64,000 bases of DNA, from the NCBI GenBank assembly GCA_039621445.1, contig CP154954.1, forward strand, positions 45,859,847 to 45,923,846, given 5' to 3'. The translations under genes and the position numbers were made by a program. The number at the start of each line of letters is the position of its first letter. Position 1 is the stretch's first letter. Shown piece by piece: positions 34,801 through 46,800 of the stretch. Origin of the DNA: Euglena gracilis. Taxonomy: Eukaryota. The notes under the pieces were generated by a model that saw nothing but the letters and a program-made list of their open reading frames with translations, was not told the origin of the DNA and did not search any database.

Positions 34801-37800
34801 GTCATGTATGTATGTATGTATGTATGTGTGTATGCATGTATGTATGCATGTATGTATGCAGGCATATATGTATGTATGTATACATGTATGCATGTATGTA
34901 TGTATGCATGCATGTATGTATGCATGTATGTATGTGTGTATATGTATGTATGTATGTATGCATGCATGGATGTATGTATGTATGTATGTATGTATGTATG
35001 TATGTATGTATGTATGTATGTATGTATGTATGTATGTATGTATGTATGTATGTATGTATGTATGTATGTATGTATGTACGTCTGTATAGATCAATACACC
35101 CATCTTCCCTGCCCTCCCCTCCCGGGCAGGCTGGTGGGCTGCAGCAGCTGCAGGAGGCGCTGCAGCGCGAGGCGGCTCGCTGTGCGGAGCTGCGGGAGCG
35201 GCTGGCGGCCGCGCAGGCATCGAGCACACTGGCCGAGGAGAGCCTCGCCAAGGAGCGTGAGGCCTGGAAGCGCAGTCAGGTTGAGAAGTGTAAAAATATT
35301 TCCTTTCTCAACAATCCCTGGCCTCGTGTTGCCCAAAATTATGAAACACACAAAAAACAGGGTTGATACAAGATTTTTTAAAGCATTTCTAGTTCGTCTT
35401 TATCAATTTCCGCGCACCTACGTGTTTTTAAAGGGTAATAATTTTTATTGCACCTTCGCTTTGCATCATACAGCCCCCCCCCCCCATTCAGTTATGTTTA
35501 CAAAACCCCAAGACCCATTATACTCCCCCTCATTTCTAGCCCGCTTCCCCCAAATTTCCAGCGCTCTGCCCCGCGAATTTTCGAGGTGGGCTACACCTGA
35601 TGCAGCATTCGGCCCCCTCCAGTTGGTCCCGCCGCTGGTCTTTTCTGTTCCGGGCCACGCTCTGCCTCTTCCGCCGAACTGTGTTCTCCCCCGCCCCCCT
35701 GCGCCACAGGAGGCGATGCAGCAGCAGCTGCAACAGGCGCTGCGGCAGGGCGGGCAGTGGGCCGGGGCGGACGAGCAGCTGCGGGCGATGAAGGCGGAGC
35801 TGGCGCTGCGGGAGGAGGAGTTCGAGAAGAAGCGGGACGCCTGGCTGTGGGCCAAGGTGTGGGGCGGCCGGGCGCCAGGCCGCCTGTCCCACTGGAGGGC
35901 TCCTTTCGCCCGTCCGACGGAGCTGCTCTTGCCCAGGCTTCCCGCTTGCTCACACCTGGAGTGGTGGAGTAAGTCGACAGGAGTTCGAGTGCTCAAATTG
36001 ATGCATAGGAATATTCGGCAGACCCACACCATAGGGCCCCGGGCCCACCAGTGTGGGGAGAAGTATACTTATGGTGTAGGGTTGGGGTGTCAAAATTTGA
36101 TCAATTTTATTTATGTCAAATTCAGGCCTAAATTGAGGCCTAAATTTTGTCAATGTCGTCCTAAAAATATTACCTAAGTTTTGGCTTGACCCGAAAATCG
36201 TTACCCTAACCCTACACCATAAATACTCTCCTCCCATGCCACTGTGCCCAGTGCCCTACGGTATGGGGCTGCCAAATATTCATCCATTTTCACCGTGCAT
36301 GTATCTGGCCCTTTTTGATCCCTGTTTTTGAAAACTTTCTGACGGAAGTTTTTCGGTCCACCCCAGCTTCGCCGGGCTGCAAAATTTCATTGCCACTCGA
36401 CCCTGCCAGGGGGGGGGGTCTTCTGGCAGCCTGGCAGCCTGGCTGGGAGCTGCTGGCTGGCTGGCTGGAGAAAGGTGTTGGCTGGCTGGACCCAGGGTGC
36501 GATATAACGCAATGTCCAAATATCAGTGGGCATAGACGCTTTTGCCAGCCCTGGATTGGAGAGGATCCCAAAATGCCGGAGGGTTTGCGGGGTTTAGGTG
36601 GGGGGGGCCCCCCCCCCCCCCCCGGACCGGAGGGGAGTCCAGACCCCCCCCCCTGCCAAGGGGGTCCGGACCGACCCCGGGGGGTACCCGGGACCCCCCA
36701 AAAAGGTGATTTTTTTCCTTCTGGCGCTATCCACCGAATTTTTTTCCGTTTCTGACAATTTTTTACCCAAAAGGCCCGAAATGGTACTTTTGGTCCTTCT
36801 TGGGAGGCCGAAAATCTGTGATCCCCAGTGGCCACTCCAATGCAACATAACAAAGCGCGACATAGTTATGTTTACACATATGTAACAAAACAACATATGC
36901 AGCACAAGGGATTCTTTTAAACCCCCCCCCCAAATAACACCCCCCCCCCCGGTGTGTTATTTGGGCACCCGAACTGGGGCCCCAGGGGGGGGGTGTTATT
37001 TGGGGGGGGTGTTATTTTTACATGGAAAACCAAAGGAAAACAGGGGGGATGTGTTATTTGGGCGCTCGAAATCGGCCCCCGAGGGGGGGTGTGTTATTGG
37101 GGGGGGGTGTTATTTGGGGGGGGGGTGTTATTTGGGGGGGGTTTACCCCCCCCTATGTCCAACGACCCCCCTATGTCCAATGACCGCCCCCCCCGGTCAG
37201 AGGACACCTTTTCGGAGGTTTGACCAAATTTTTGGTCCCGGCGCGAAGCGCCGGGACGAAAAATTTTGCCCAAAAATTGCCCAAAAATTTGGCCAAAATG
37301 CCATTCTTGACACTTTTTGGACAAAAATTTGTCAAAATTGCCCAAAATTTTCGGCGCAAAGCGCCGGAAGGGAAAATTTGGGCATTTTTGGGTGGGTAGG
37401 GACCTGGGCACCCACCAACTTTCTTTTGACCCCATGTCCAACGACCACCCCCCCGGTCAGAGGACACCTTTTTGGTCATTACCCTATGTCCAACGACCAC
37501 CCCCCCCGGTCAGAGGACAGAGGTTACCGGTCATTGGGCATAGGGGGGGGGGGGGTATTTTGGGGCCCTCCGAACAGTTGCACACAAAAGGAATTGAAAA
37601 TCGGTCGACGAACCACCGACTAGTCGATAGGGTAACTGGCTATGCGATCAACTAGTGGATCGACTAGCCATACCCCCCTCCCCCATTGTAAGCCATTGAG
37701 CGGGGGGGGGGGGGGGCTGGAAAAAGGCTGCTGGCTGACTGGATTCAGGCATTATTTTTAAGGCAATTTTTTAAAAAAAAAATGTTTTTAAAGTCATTTT

Positions 37801-40800
37801 GAGAATTTTTAAGGCGTCTTCCAAGGGCAGTCAAAGAGCCATCCAGGCATCGAACCAACCAGGTTGAAAATCAAAAAGTTCAAAAACCAATTTTTTTTGA
37901 GTTCTGGTTGGATTGACAATGTTCCAGCAATACCAGAAATTATTATTTTACCCGGAGTTGACTTTTTTTATGAGGGTTTTCAAATTGTTTTTTGCTCGAA
38001 ATTCGAAAAAAAATTCCGGACAAATTTTAAGTTTTTTTTGAGGTTTTCAAAGGCGTTGTGGAAATTTTTTTTCAATTTTTTCAAAATTTTTTACGGTTTT
38101 TAAAGTGCCTTAAAAAATATTGCCTGGCTGGACCCCCTGGGGGAATTTTTTCCCGAAGCAACCCCCTGATGACGAGTATGAACTCGCAGGCACACAGATA
38201 TAGGGGTGTCCAACTGCGGCCCCAGGCTGATTCTCTGCGTGGATCACAGGCACATCCCCAGAGGGGCAGCAGTACAATACATACAACCCAACCCAACCCA
38301 ACCCAACACAACACAACACAACACAACACAACACAACACAACACAATATCCATCCACCTGTGCATCCACCCCTTTGTTTTGTGAGGTTCATCGTCGGTTC
38401 CGTCCCCAATTAAACTCCCAAACAAAAACCCCGAATCAAATAGAATTGGGATAAAATTATGGCAAGGCTAATTTACTGGGCCCCCCCCCGGGGGGGGTCC
38501 CAGTAGTTTAACCTGGGGGCGGGGGTCCCGCTTCTTTCACCAACTCCAAATTTGGGTTTTCGCGCCCCGGCGCGCCGCATTTCCGTCCATTGAGGGGGTA
38601 GGGCTGGGGTTAGGGTTTGGATTGGGGTTAGGGTAACGATTTTAGGAAAAAAGTTAGGCCGAAATCGGGTCGAAATTCATCATTAAAAGTGTCTCGGAAA
38701 TTCGGCCGAAATCCGGCCGAAATCCGGCCCCACTGCCTGATTTCCCCTCACCCTCACCCTAACCCGAATCCTAACCCTAACCCCTGACCCTAACCCGAAC
38801 CTTCACCCTAACCCTAATCCGGAAAATAACCCCGAACCCACTCCGTCTTCAAAAAAAATTTTCGCCGGGGCCCCGATTTCCCTGGGAAAAGATGGGGGGG
38901 TCCAAGTAGTTTCACCTGGGCGGCCGAAGTCCCCGGTAGGTACAACTACTGGGACCCCCCCCGGGGGGGGGGCCCAGTAAATTAGCCTTGCCAAAATTAT
39001 TTCCCATCTTGCCAACAGAATTGGTTGCAGCGATATTTGAACAGAGCAGACAATTTCTGGCAATCAAACAGTTTTGATGACATAAAACCTGAGCCTCTGA
39101 GCTGCCCCCCCAGGGGGGGTTGGTATGTGATGCCCTCTGACACATTGCTTTGGCCAGCAAGGCCGTCCTTGCTGCCGCCCACCACCACGTTTCGCCGCGG
39201 AGCCCCCCCCCCCCCCCAATCCGCAGGCCAACTCCCAGGCCACGCTGGCCGCGGACCGGCAGACGCTGACGACGGAGCAGGAGGCGCTGGGGCAGGAGGT
39301 GGCGATGCTGACGGTGGCCCTGACGGAGCTGCAGCGGGAGCGGGAGACGCTGCAGGAGCACTACGTCCAGCTGCAGGGGGAGAAGGTGGGTGGGCGTGGT
39401 CCGGCTCCGAGCCCGGTCCGATCAGTGGCTGCGCCGAGACGTCCGGCGGCTTGCCCCGGTGGAAAGGCCGTGTGATGCAAATGTTGGATTTGGGTTATGG
39501 CGCTTGTGTGGTTGGCGCTTGGTGAGGACAGTACCCCCGCCATTTCTTTCTGTTTCCATCTCCCCCCATTTATTTCTCCCAACCATTTACCAAGCATTGT
39601 GTTGCAGGGGAGGGCCACGCAGAAGTCACAGCCTGGCAGTACGAGTGCGTCTCATTCATTGATTGCGTGGCTCGAGGCAGATGCCCGGGCCATCCCGGCT
39701 CTGTCCTCCCTGGCTGCTGTCCCGCTCGCAGGCGGTGATGCAGCAACAGCTGCAGCAGGCGTTGCTGCAGGGGGCCGGGCAGTGGGCCAACGCGGACGAG
39801 CAGCTGAAGGCGCTGAAGGCGGAGCTGGAGCTGCGGCTGGAGGAGTTCGAGAAGAGGCGGGACACGTGGCTATGGGCCAAGGTTTGGGATTGTGGCTTCT
39901 GTTGCCAAAGAGAAACCACACCTCGAAGCAGGCTTTTGCTTCAGGACACCAGGGGTCCAATAGCTGTCCACTTTTACTGGCCACAGGAGAAGAGCCACTA
40001 GCTGGACCCCCTCTCCCTGGCAGCAAAACTGGCTGATGGATTTCATGTCCCCAGTGACCGGCGCAAAGCGCGATTCTGTTGACCCTGAAAACATGTCGAA
40101 ATGTTTTTGTCTGTTACCAAAAGAGTTTTCCAGTTTTGCACCTCAACAAAGAACAGCCTGAAACTACCAAGGAATGACTCTATGGTCCGCGGCACACTGA
40201 CACGCATTGTTTTCCGATCAGGCCGACTCCGAAGCCACACTGGCTGCAGACCGACAGACGCTGATGACCGGGGGTTTTCTTCAGCGGAGGGAACCCTGAC
40301 CCCCCAAAGTGCACAATGATCTAATTATGCAGTGCCCTAATGAGTGCGCACCCCCCCCCAAGGGTCCGAATTACCTCCCCAAAAAGTGCGCACCCTCCAA
40401 AGGAGAAATCGCTGTCACACAATTCTCAGAATTGTCCTTCTCAAACCAAATAGTCCAAGCCCAAATTTGACACATGATCATTTGACTCACTGCTTGGCAT
40501 CACAAGAAGGGGAAAAACTGAAACAGAGTGGTGGAATATCACTTATTTTGTGCTTTGCTCTAATAAGTGCGCGGTGCCCCAATGGGTGGCCCAATAAGTG
40601 GGATCCGAAACTATGTCCTTAAAACGGGGGGTTACCCAGGGGGGGGGGGTTCAGCCAGCACCTTTTTTCCAGCCAGCACCTCCCAGCTGGGCTGCAGACC
40701 CCTGAGTCCGCTGAAATAAAGTTGGGGATGGACCGAAAATTTTTTTGGTGCTCTGCACCGAAAATTTTAGGAAAGGGGGTCAAAAGTGGCCAAAAAATGG

Positions 40801-43800
40801 CATTTTGGGTGGTCTTCACCACCTATTTTTGCCAATTTCAGCTGGATGCTTTTTGGGGCATTTTTTGGGTACCTGTTGGGTCCAGCTCCCAGCTCCAGCC
40901 AGCACCTTTTTTCTGGCCGGCACCTTTTTCGGCCCACAGGACCCCTCCGGGGGTCCTCAAAAAAACCCCTGCTCAGGGCCTTTTTTTTTCCAGCCAGCAG
41001 CTGCCAGCCAGCTGCAGACCCTCCCCAAGGGCCTGGTGAAATAAAGTTGGGCGAAGATATTTCCGATGCAAACACCAGTCAAGAAAAGCATTTCGATGTG
41101 AATTTTTGGGGTTTTGGTCTCAAATTTCTTGGTTGAAAAATCCCAACCCTGCCGGATTTGGGCTTGTTTGCCCCTTTTTTTTTACACCATGCTTAAGGTG
41201 CGTCCAACCCCACCCCTGGGGGGCGGGATGACTGGCTGGTTTTGGCTCCAGCAGGCACCCTGAGGGGCGGTCACCAGGAATGGTCGAAAGTTCCCACCCG
41301 GCGGAATTTTTTCAGGGGGTTGGCCAATGTCCATTGATTTTGAGCCATTTTGGCCCGAGTGGTCAAAGTGACTGACCCCCAGCGCGGGGAGGGGGGGGAG
41401 TGGATGACTAGATTTTGAACATGGAAGGTGACTCCCCGTGGACCAGAAATCGTCCAGCTGCCAGCTGGCTGGACCCCCCTCCCCAGGGAGTCATGCCAAC
41501 TCCTTTTTTCCAGCCGGGGGGCTGCTGGACCCCTCCCCCCCCCCCCCGGGTCGTTGATAAAACTCCTGATGATGACAGAGCAGGAGGCGCTGGCAAAGGA
41601 GGTGGAGGTGTTAGCCCAGGCCCTGGAGGAGTATGAGAACGAGAAGGACATGCTGAGGGAACAGAAGATGAAGCTGAACCACGAGAAGGTGTGTGAATTT
41701 TTTGCTTCCTTTTTTTTCGTGGGTTACAAATTTACACCAAGAGGTGTAATTTGTAACCCCCCAATTAAAAAATTATTGATTGGGCACCCGACGCCGAAAG
41801 CTGGGGAGTTATTTGGTTGGGGGGTTTCAAATTCCGAAATTTGAGGACTTTGAAAATAACCATGATTGCCAGTTCCTCCAAGCTTTTTTATGGTTCATTT
41901 TCATATTTCATGCCTTTCTGTATATCTTCATTTTTTTGATGCAGAGTGTCACCATCCCCTCTCGCAGCCCCCACACCCCCCACATTTTTCCAATGCAATA
42001 CCCAATGAATGCATTTTTCAATGCAAGGCAATTTGAGGTTTGAGATCGTTCCATTCAGAAAAGCATCGTTGAGGTTTTGCATGATAAACTCAACTTTTGC
42101 AGACGGCATTCCTGATGAAGTTTGTGACACACCTTCCTGGTCATTGCGGTGATTAACAATTTTTGGTTTGCTTCCCCACCTCCGGTCCAGGCTTTTTTTT
42201 GAAGAAAATTGCACTCCCAGGGGGGGGGGGTGCTATGGGAAGGTCGGGGAGCAGACATTCATTTAGTGTGGTACACCAAGGTTGTCACTTTGTGGTTCAT
42301 TGTGGACACCAAATTTTTTTTTGTGGTTCACGCATGGACACCAAAAAAATTTTGTGGTTCACCTGTGGACACCAAGGATTTTTTTGTGGTTCACCTTTGC
42401 ACACCAAAAAAATGTTTTTGGTTCATATGTGGACACCAAACATTTGGGTCAAAAAATCAAAAAAATCGATTTTCTAAATTTCTTGAAAATGGTGGGGAGT
42501 CAAAGGAAATGTCCAGAGACCTGAATTGAAGCCCTTTGATGCCCTATCTAAGGGTATTTTGATTTCCCCGCAACTCCCCGCCCAGCCCGAGTTACGGCCA
42601 TTTTTCGGCCAATTTGGGCCATTTTGAACAGTTTTGGCTTGTTTTGACTTGGCCGTTTTCGGCCATGTTTCGGTTGAAAAGGTCGAAAAATTTCGAAGAA
42701 AATCGAAAAAAAAAATTGCCCAGAACAATGTTTCTCGGACCTGGAAGAACTGTTTTGAGCCGAGAATGGGCGTTTTTCGCCCCCCGCCCCCCCCCCCCTG
42801 TTTTTGGCTCGGAACCCATGCATTTGGGTGCAAATTTTTATATTGAGCCTCAAGGGGTTCCTAAAATACACACCCGGCGCAGAGCGGGGGGGGGTGGGAG
42901 GACCCCCCCTTCCGAAACTTGGGGGTGAGGGACCAGGTTTGAATAGTGTTGAGACCTTAATGGGACTTGCACGTCATGGACGGCCGAAAAGACCAGCATT
43001 GCAAATTTCGCATAAATTATGGTTTACAAATTACACACCTGCAATTTACGGTTATTTACAGTAATTTTTGAAAGGTTAAGGCGTCAGCGACCCCCTCCCA
43101 TACCCCCTACACCCCTTTGCTTCGCTTTTTTCGACTTTTTTTGACCCAGAAACTGAGAAGATTCAACCACCGAAAACTGGAGGTTGGAGGGGGGTCCCCC
43201 CCAAGATTCCCATACAAGCCTGGGGGTGTGATTCGCTGCTACGGATTGAGCCGGAGCCAAGGTCCACAATTTGGCTAAGGTGTCTCAAGATCAATCTGCT
43301 TTCAGTTGTAAAACTTGGTTTTTTTCAATCCTCAATCAAGTTTTGTGGGCAACAAATTTTTTTGTGGACACCAAATTTTTTTGTGGTTCACATGTGGACA
43401 CCAAAATTTTTTTGTGGTTCATACGTCTTTTGTGAACCACATTAAATGACTAGGGAAGCAGGGGAGTAGGGGAGCAGGGCATTTTCGATCCCTGCAGGGG
43501 GGGGGGTCGGGTTTTGGAGTGGGCAGTGCTGGCACACCCCCGGACCGAAGGCGCCAGGTCGCGAAAAAGGCCATTTTCAAACGAAGTTTGGCTGGGTCGC
43601 AGGCACCGGGGTTCAGAACCCCCCCCCACCCAGGGTGCCTGCTCTGGGCACCCCATAGCACATGGCACACCCCAGGGTTCATTACCAGAGGCCTGCTATG
43701 GCCGTTGGGGGGATTCCCCATCTGCAGGTGTTTCGGCTGCCAAATACTCCTGTGTCCACTCCTAACAAAGGCCACACCTCCCTATGGAGGGCCGCAGTTC

Positions 43801-46800
43801 TCAGTGGCGCACCTGGCGGGTGGAAAGGGGGGGGTCAGTATGGACCCTGGTCAGCCCAGCACCCCCCCCCCGCAGTGCCCCCTCCCCCCAGGCCCGGCTG
43901 CGGCAGCTGGAGGTGGCGATGACGGCGGAGCGGGAGCGGTATAAGGCGTGGGACGCGAAGCTGGTGGCCCGGCAGGCGGCCCTGGAGGAGGCCCGGGCCA
44001 AGCACCGGCGGCTGCGGGAGGAGCTGGACCGGCAGATCGAGGAGTGGAAGAAGGCGAAGGTCCTTTCTGGACGGTTGGCATTTCTGGGCATCGGGGAACC
44101 CCAGGGTTTGATATCAGGAGGGTGTATGGGTTAGTGGAGGGGGTGTGTCCCCCTCCCAGGGATGGATGGGAAGCCCTTCGAGTTAATTGAAGGTAAGGGT
44201 GTTAGGGGGGGGTCCGCTGAGCTCTGTCCCTTTATGGGGTAAGATGCGAAGCTTACCACCGGCGAAACCCCCCCCCTCGCCCCCCCCCCCCCCCCCCCCC
44301 CCGGGTCGGGGCCACCTCGGGAACCGACGGATTATCACCATGATCCCGGCCCGGTTCCCGGATTATTTTTTTTCAGTCGCAAGCGACTGGATTCCTAGTT
44401 TCCGAATCACCCGGAGTTGACCCCCAACTCCCCGCCAGGCCGAGTTATTCACGCGTGAAGGGGTCCAAACTGGGTAGGATTTACCCGCCCCCCCCCTGGA
44501 TAAGCCCCCCCCCCCCTTTGGACTCTGCCATTTCGGCCAAAAAATATCAATTTTCAAAATATCTCCAAAATGAAGCAAAATCAAAGGAAATGTCCCGAGA
44601 CCTAATTTGAAGCCCTTGGAATGCCCCATCTACTGGTATTTTGATTTCCCCGCAACTCCCCGCCTAGCCCGAGATACGGCCGTTTTTGGCCCAGATGGCC
44701 GTTTTGTACACTTTTCCCACTGTTCGACTTAGCCATTTTCAGCCAAAATTCGGCCAAAAATCAATAGTTTCAAAATTTTTCCAAAATGAAGCAAAATCAA
44801 AGGAAATGTCCGGAGACCTAATTTCAAGCCCTTGGAACACTCCATCTACCGGTATTTTGATTTCCCCACAACTGTTCGTGTAGCCCGAGATACGGCTGTT
44901 TTTCAGCCGATTCTGGCCATTTTGTACACTTTTTCCACTGGTGGATTTAGCCGTTTTCGGCCAAAAAAGGCGAAAAAATATCGAAAAATTTTTTTTTACC
45001 CAAAACCATGCTTCTTGGCCTCCCGGACCCGCAAAAAGGGTTTTCGAGCCGAAAAAGGGCGTTTTTCGACCATCATGGCCATCATGACCATCATGACCCG
45101 TGATGGCCATCATGACCCATGATGGCCATCATGACCCATGATGCCAATCATGGGTCATGATGCCCATCATGACCCATGATGCCCATCATGACCCATGATG
45201 GCCATCATGACCCATGATGGCCATCATGACCCATGATGGCCATCATGACCCATGATGGCCATCTTGACCCATGATGCCAATCATGGGTCATGATGCCCAT
45301 CATAACCCATGATGCCCATCATCACCCATGATGCCCATCATGACCGAGGATGGCCATCATGGGTCAAAAACGTCGAAAAAAAATCGAAATATTTTTTTTG
45401 CCCGAAACGATGTTTTTTGGCCTCCCGGACCTAGAAAAACTGTTTTTGAGCCGAAAACGAGAGTTTTTCGACATGCCAGTGCCCCGTTTTGGGCCGCCAA
45501 CCCATTTACTTCGGGCCAAAACCGGATCAAAAAAGTCGAAAAAAATCGAAAAAAAATTTTCGCCCAAAACGATGTTTTTTGGCCTCCCGGACCCAGAAAA
45601 ACCGTTTTTGAGCCGAAAATGAGCGTTTTTCGACCCGCCGGCGCCCCGTTTTGGGCCGCCAACCCATTGACTTTGGGTCAAAGCAAGGTCAAAAAAGTCG
45701 AAAAAATCGAAAAAAAATTTTGCCCAAAACGATGTTTTTTGGCCTCCCGGACCCAGAAAAACTGTTTTTGCGCCGAAAATGAGCGTTTTTCGACCCGCCA
45801 GCGCCCCGTTTTGGGCCGCCAACCCTAACCCTAACCCTAACCCTAACCCAAACCCTAACCCTGACTTCGGGCCAAAACCGGGTCAAAAAAGTCGAGAAAA
45901 ATCGAAAAAAAATTTTTGCCCAAAACGATGTTTTTTGGCCTCCCGGACCCAGAAAAACCGTTTTTGAGCCGAAAATGAGCGTTTTTCGACCCGCCGGCGC
46001 CTCGTTTTGGGCCGCCAACCCATTGACTTTGGGTCAAAACAAGCAAGGTCAAAAAAGTCGAAAAAAATCGGAAATTTTTTTTTGCCCAAAACGATGTTTT
46101 TTGACCTCCCGGACCTAGAAAAACTGTTTTTGAGCCGAAAACGAGAGTTTTTCGACATGCCAGTGCCCCGTTTTGGGCCGCCAACCCATTGACTTTGGGT
46201 CAAAACAAGGTCAAAAAAGTCGAAAAAATCGAAAAAAAATTTTTGCCCAAAACGATGTTTTTTGGCCTCCCGGACCCAGAAAAACTGTTTTTGCGCCGAA
46301 AATGGGCGTTTTTCGACCCGCCAGCGCCCCGTTTTGGGCCGCCAACCCTAACCCCAACCCAAACCCTAACCCCTGACTTCGGGCCAAAACCGGGTCAAAA
46401 AAGTCGAGAAAAATCGAAAAAAAAAATTTTGCCCAAAACGATGTTTTTTGGCCTCCCGGACCCAGAAAAACCGTTTTTGAGCCGAAAATGAGCGTTTTTC
46501 GACCCGCCGGCGCCTCGTTTTGGGCCGCCAACCCATTGACTTTGGGTCAAAACAAGGTCAAAAAAGTCGAAAAAAATCGAAAAAATTTTTTTTGCCCAAA
46601 ACGATGTTTTTTGGCCTCCCGGACTCAGAAAAACCGTTTTTGAGCCGAAAATGAGCGTTTTTCGACCCGCCAGCGCCCCGTTTTGGGCCGCCGACCCAGT
46701 GACTTTGGGTCAAACCCGGGTCAAAACAGTCGAAAAAAGTCGAAAATTTTTTTTTGCCCAAAACGATGTTTTTGGGCCTCCCGGACCCAGAAAAACTGTT

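Noticed and set aside
34501-36177. 558-aa ORF, the longest in the track
   Set aside because: It reads through telomeric and TATG microsatellites and intron sequence; only 35710-35856 is a real exon in that frame.
42290-42445. Regularly spaced GTGGTTCA..GTGGACACCAAA repeats resembling a CRISPR array
   Set aside because: No unique spacers and no cas genes, in a eukaryotic context; they are transposon subterminal repeats.
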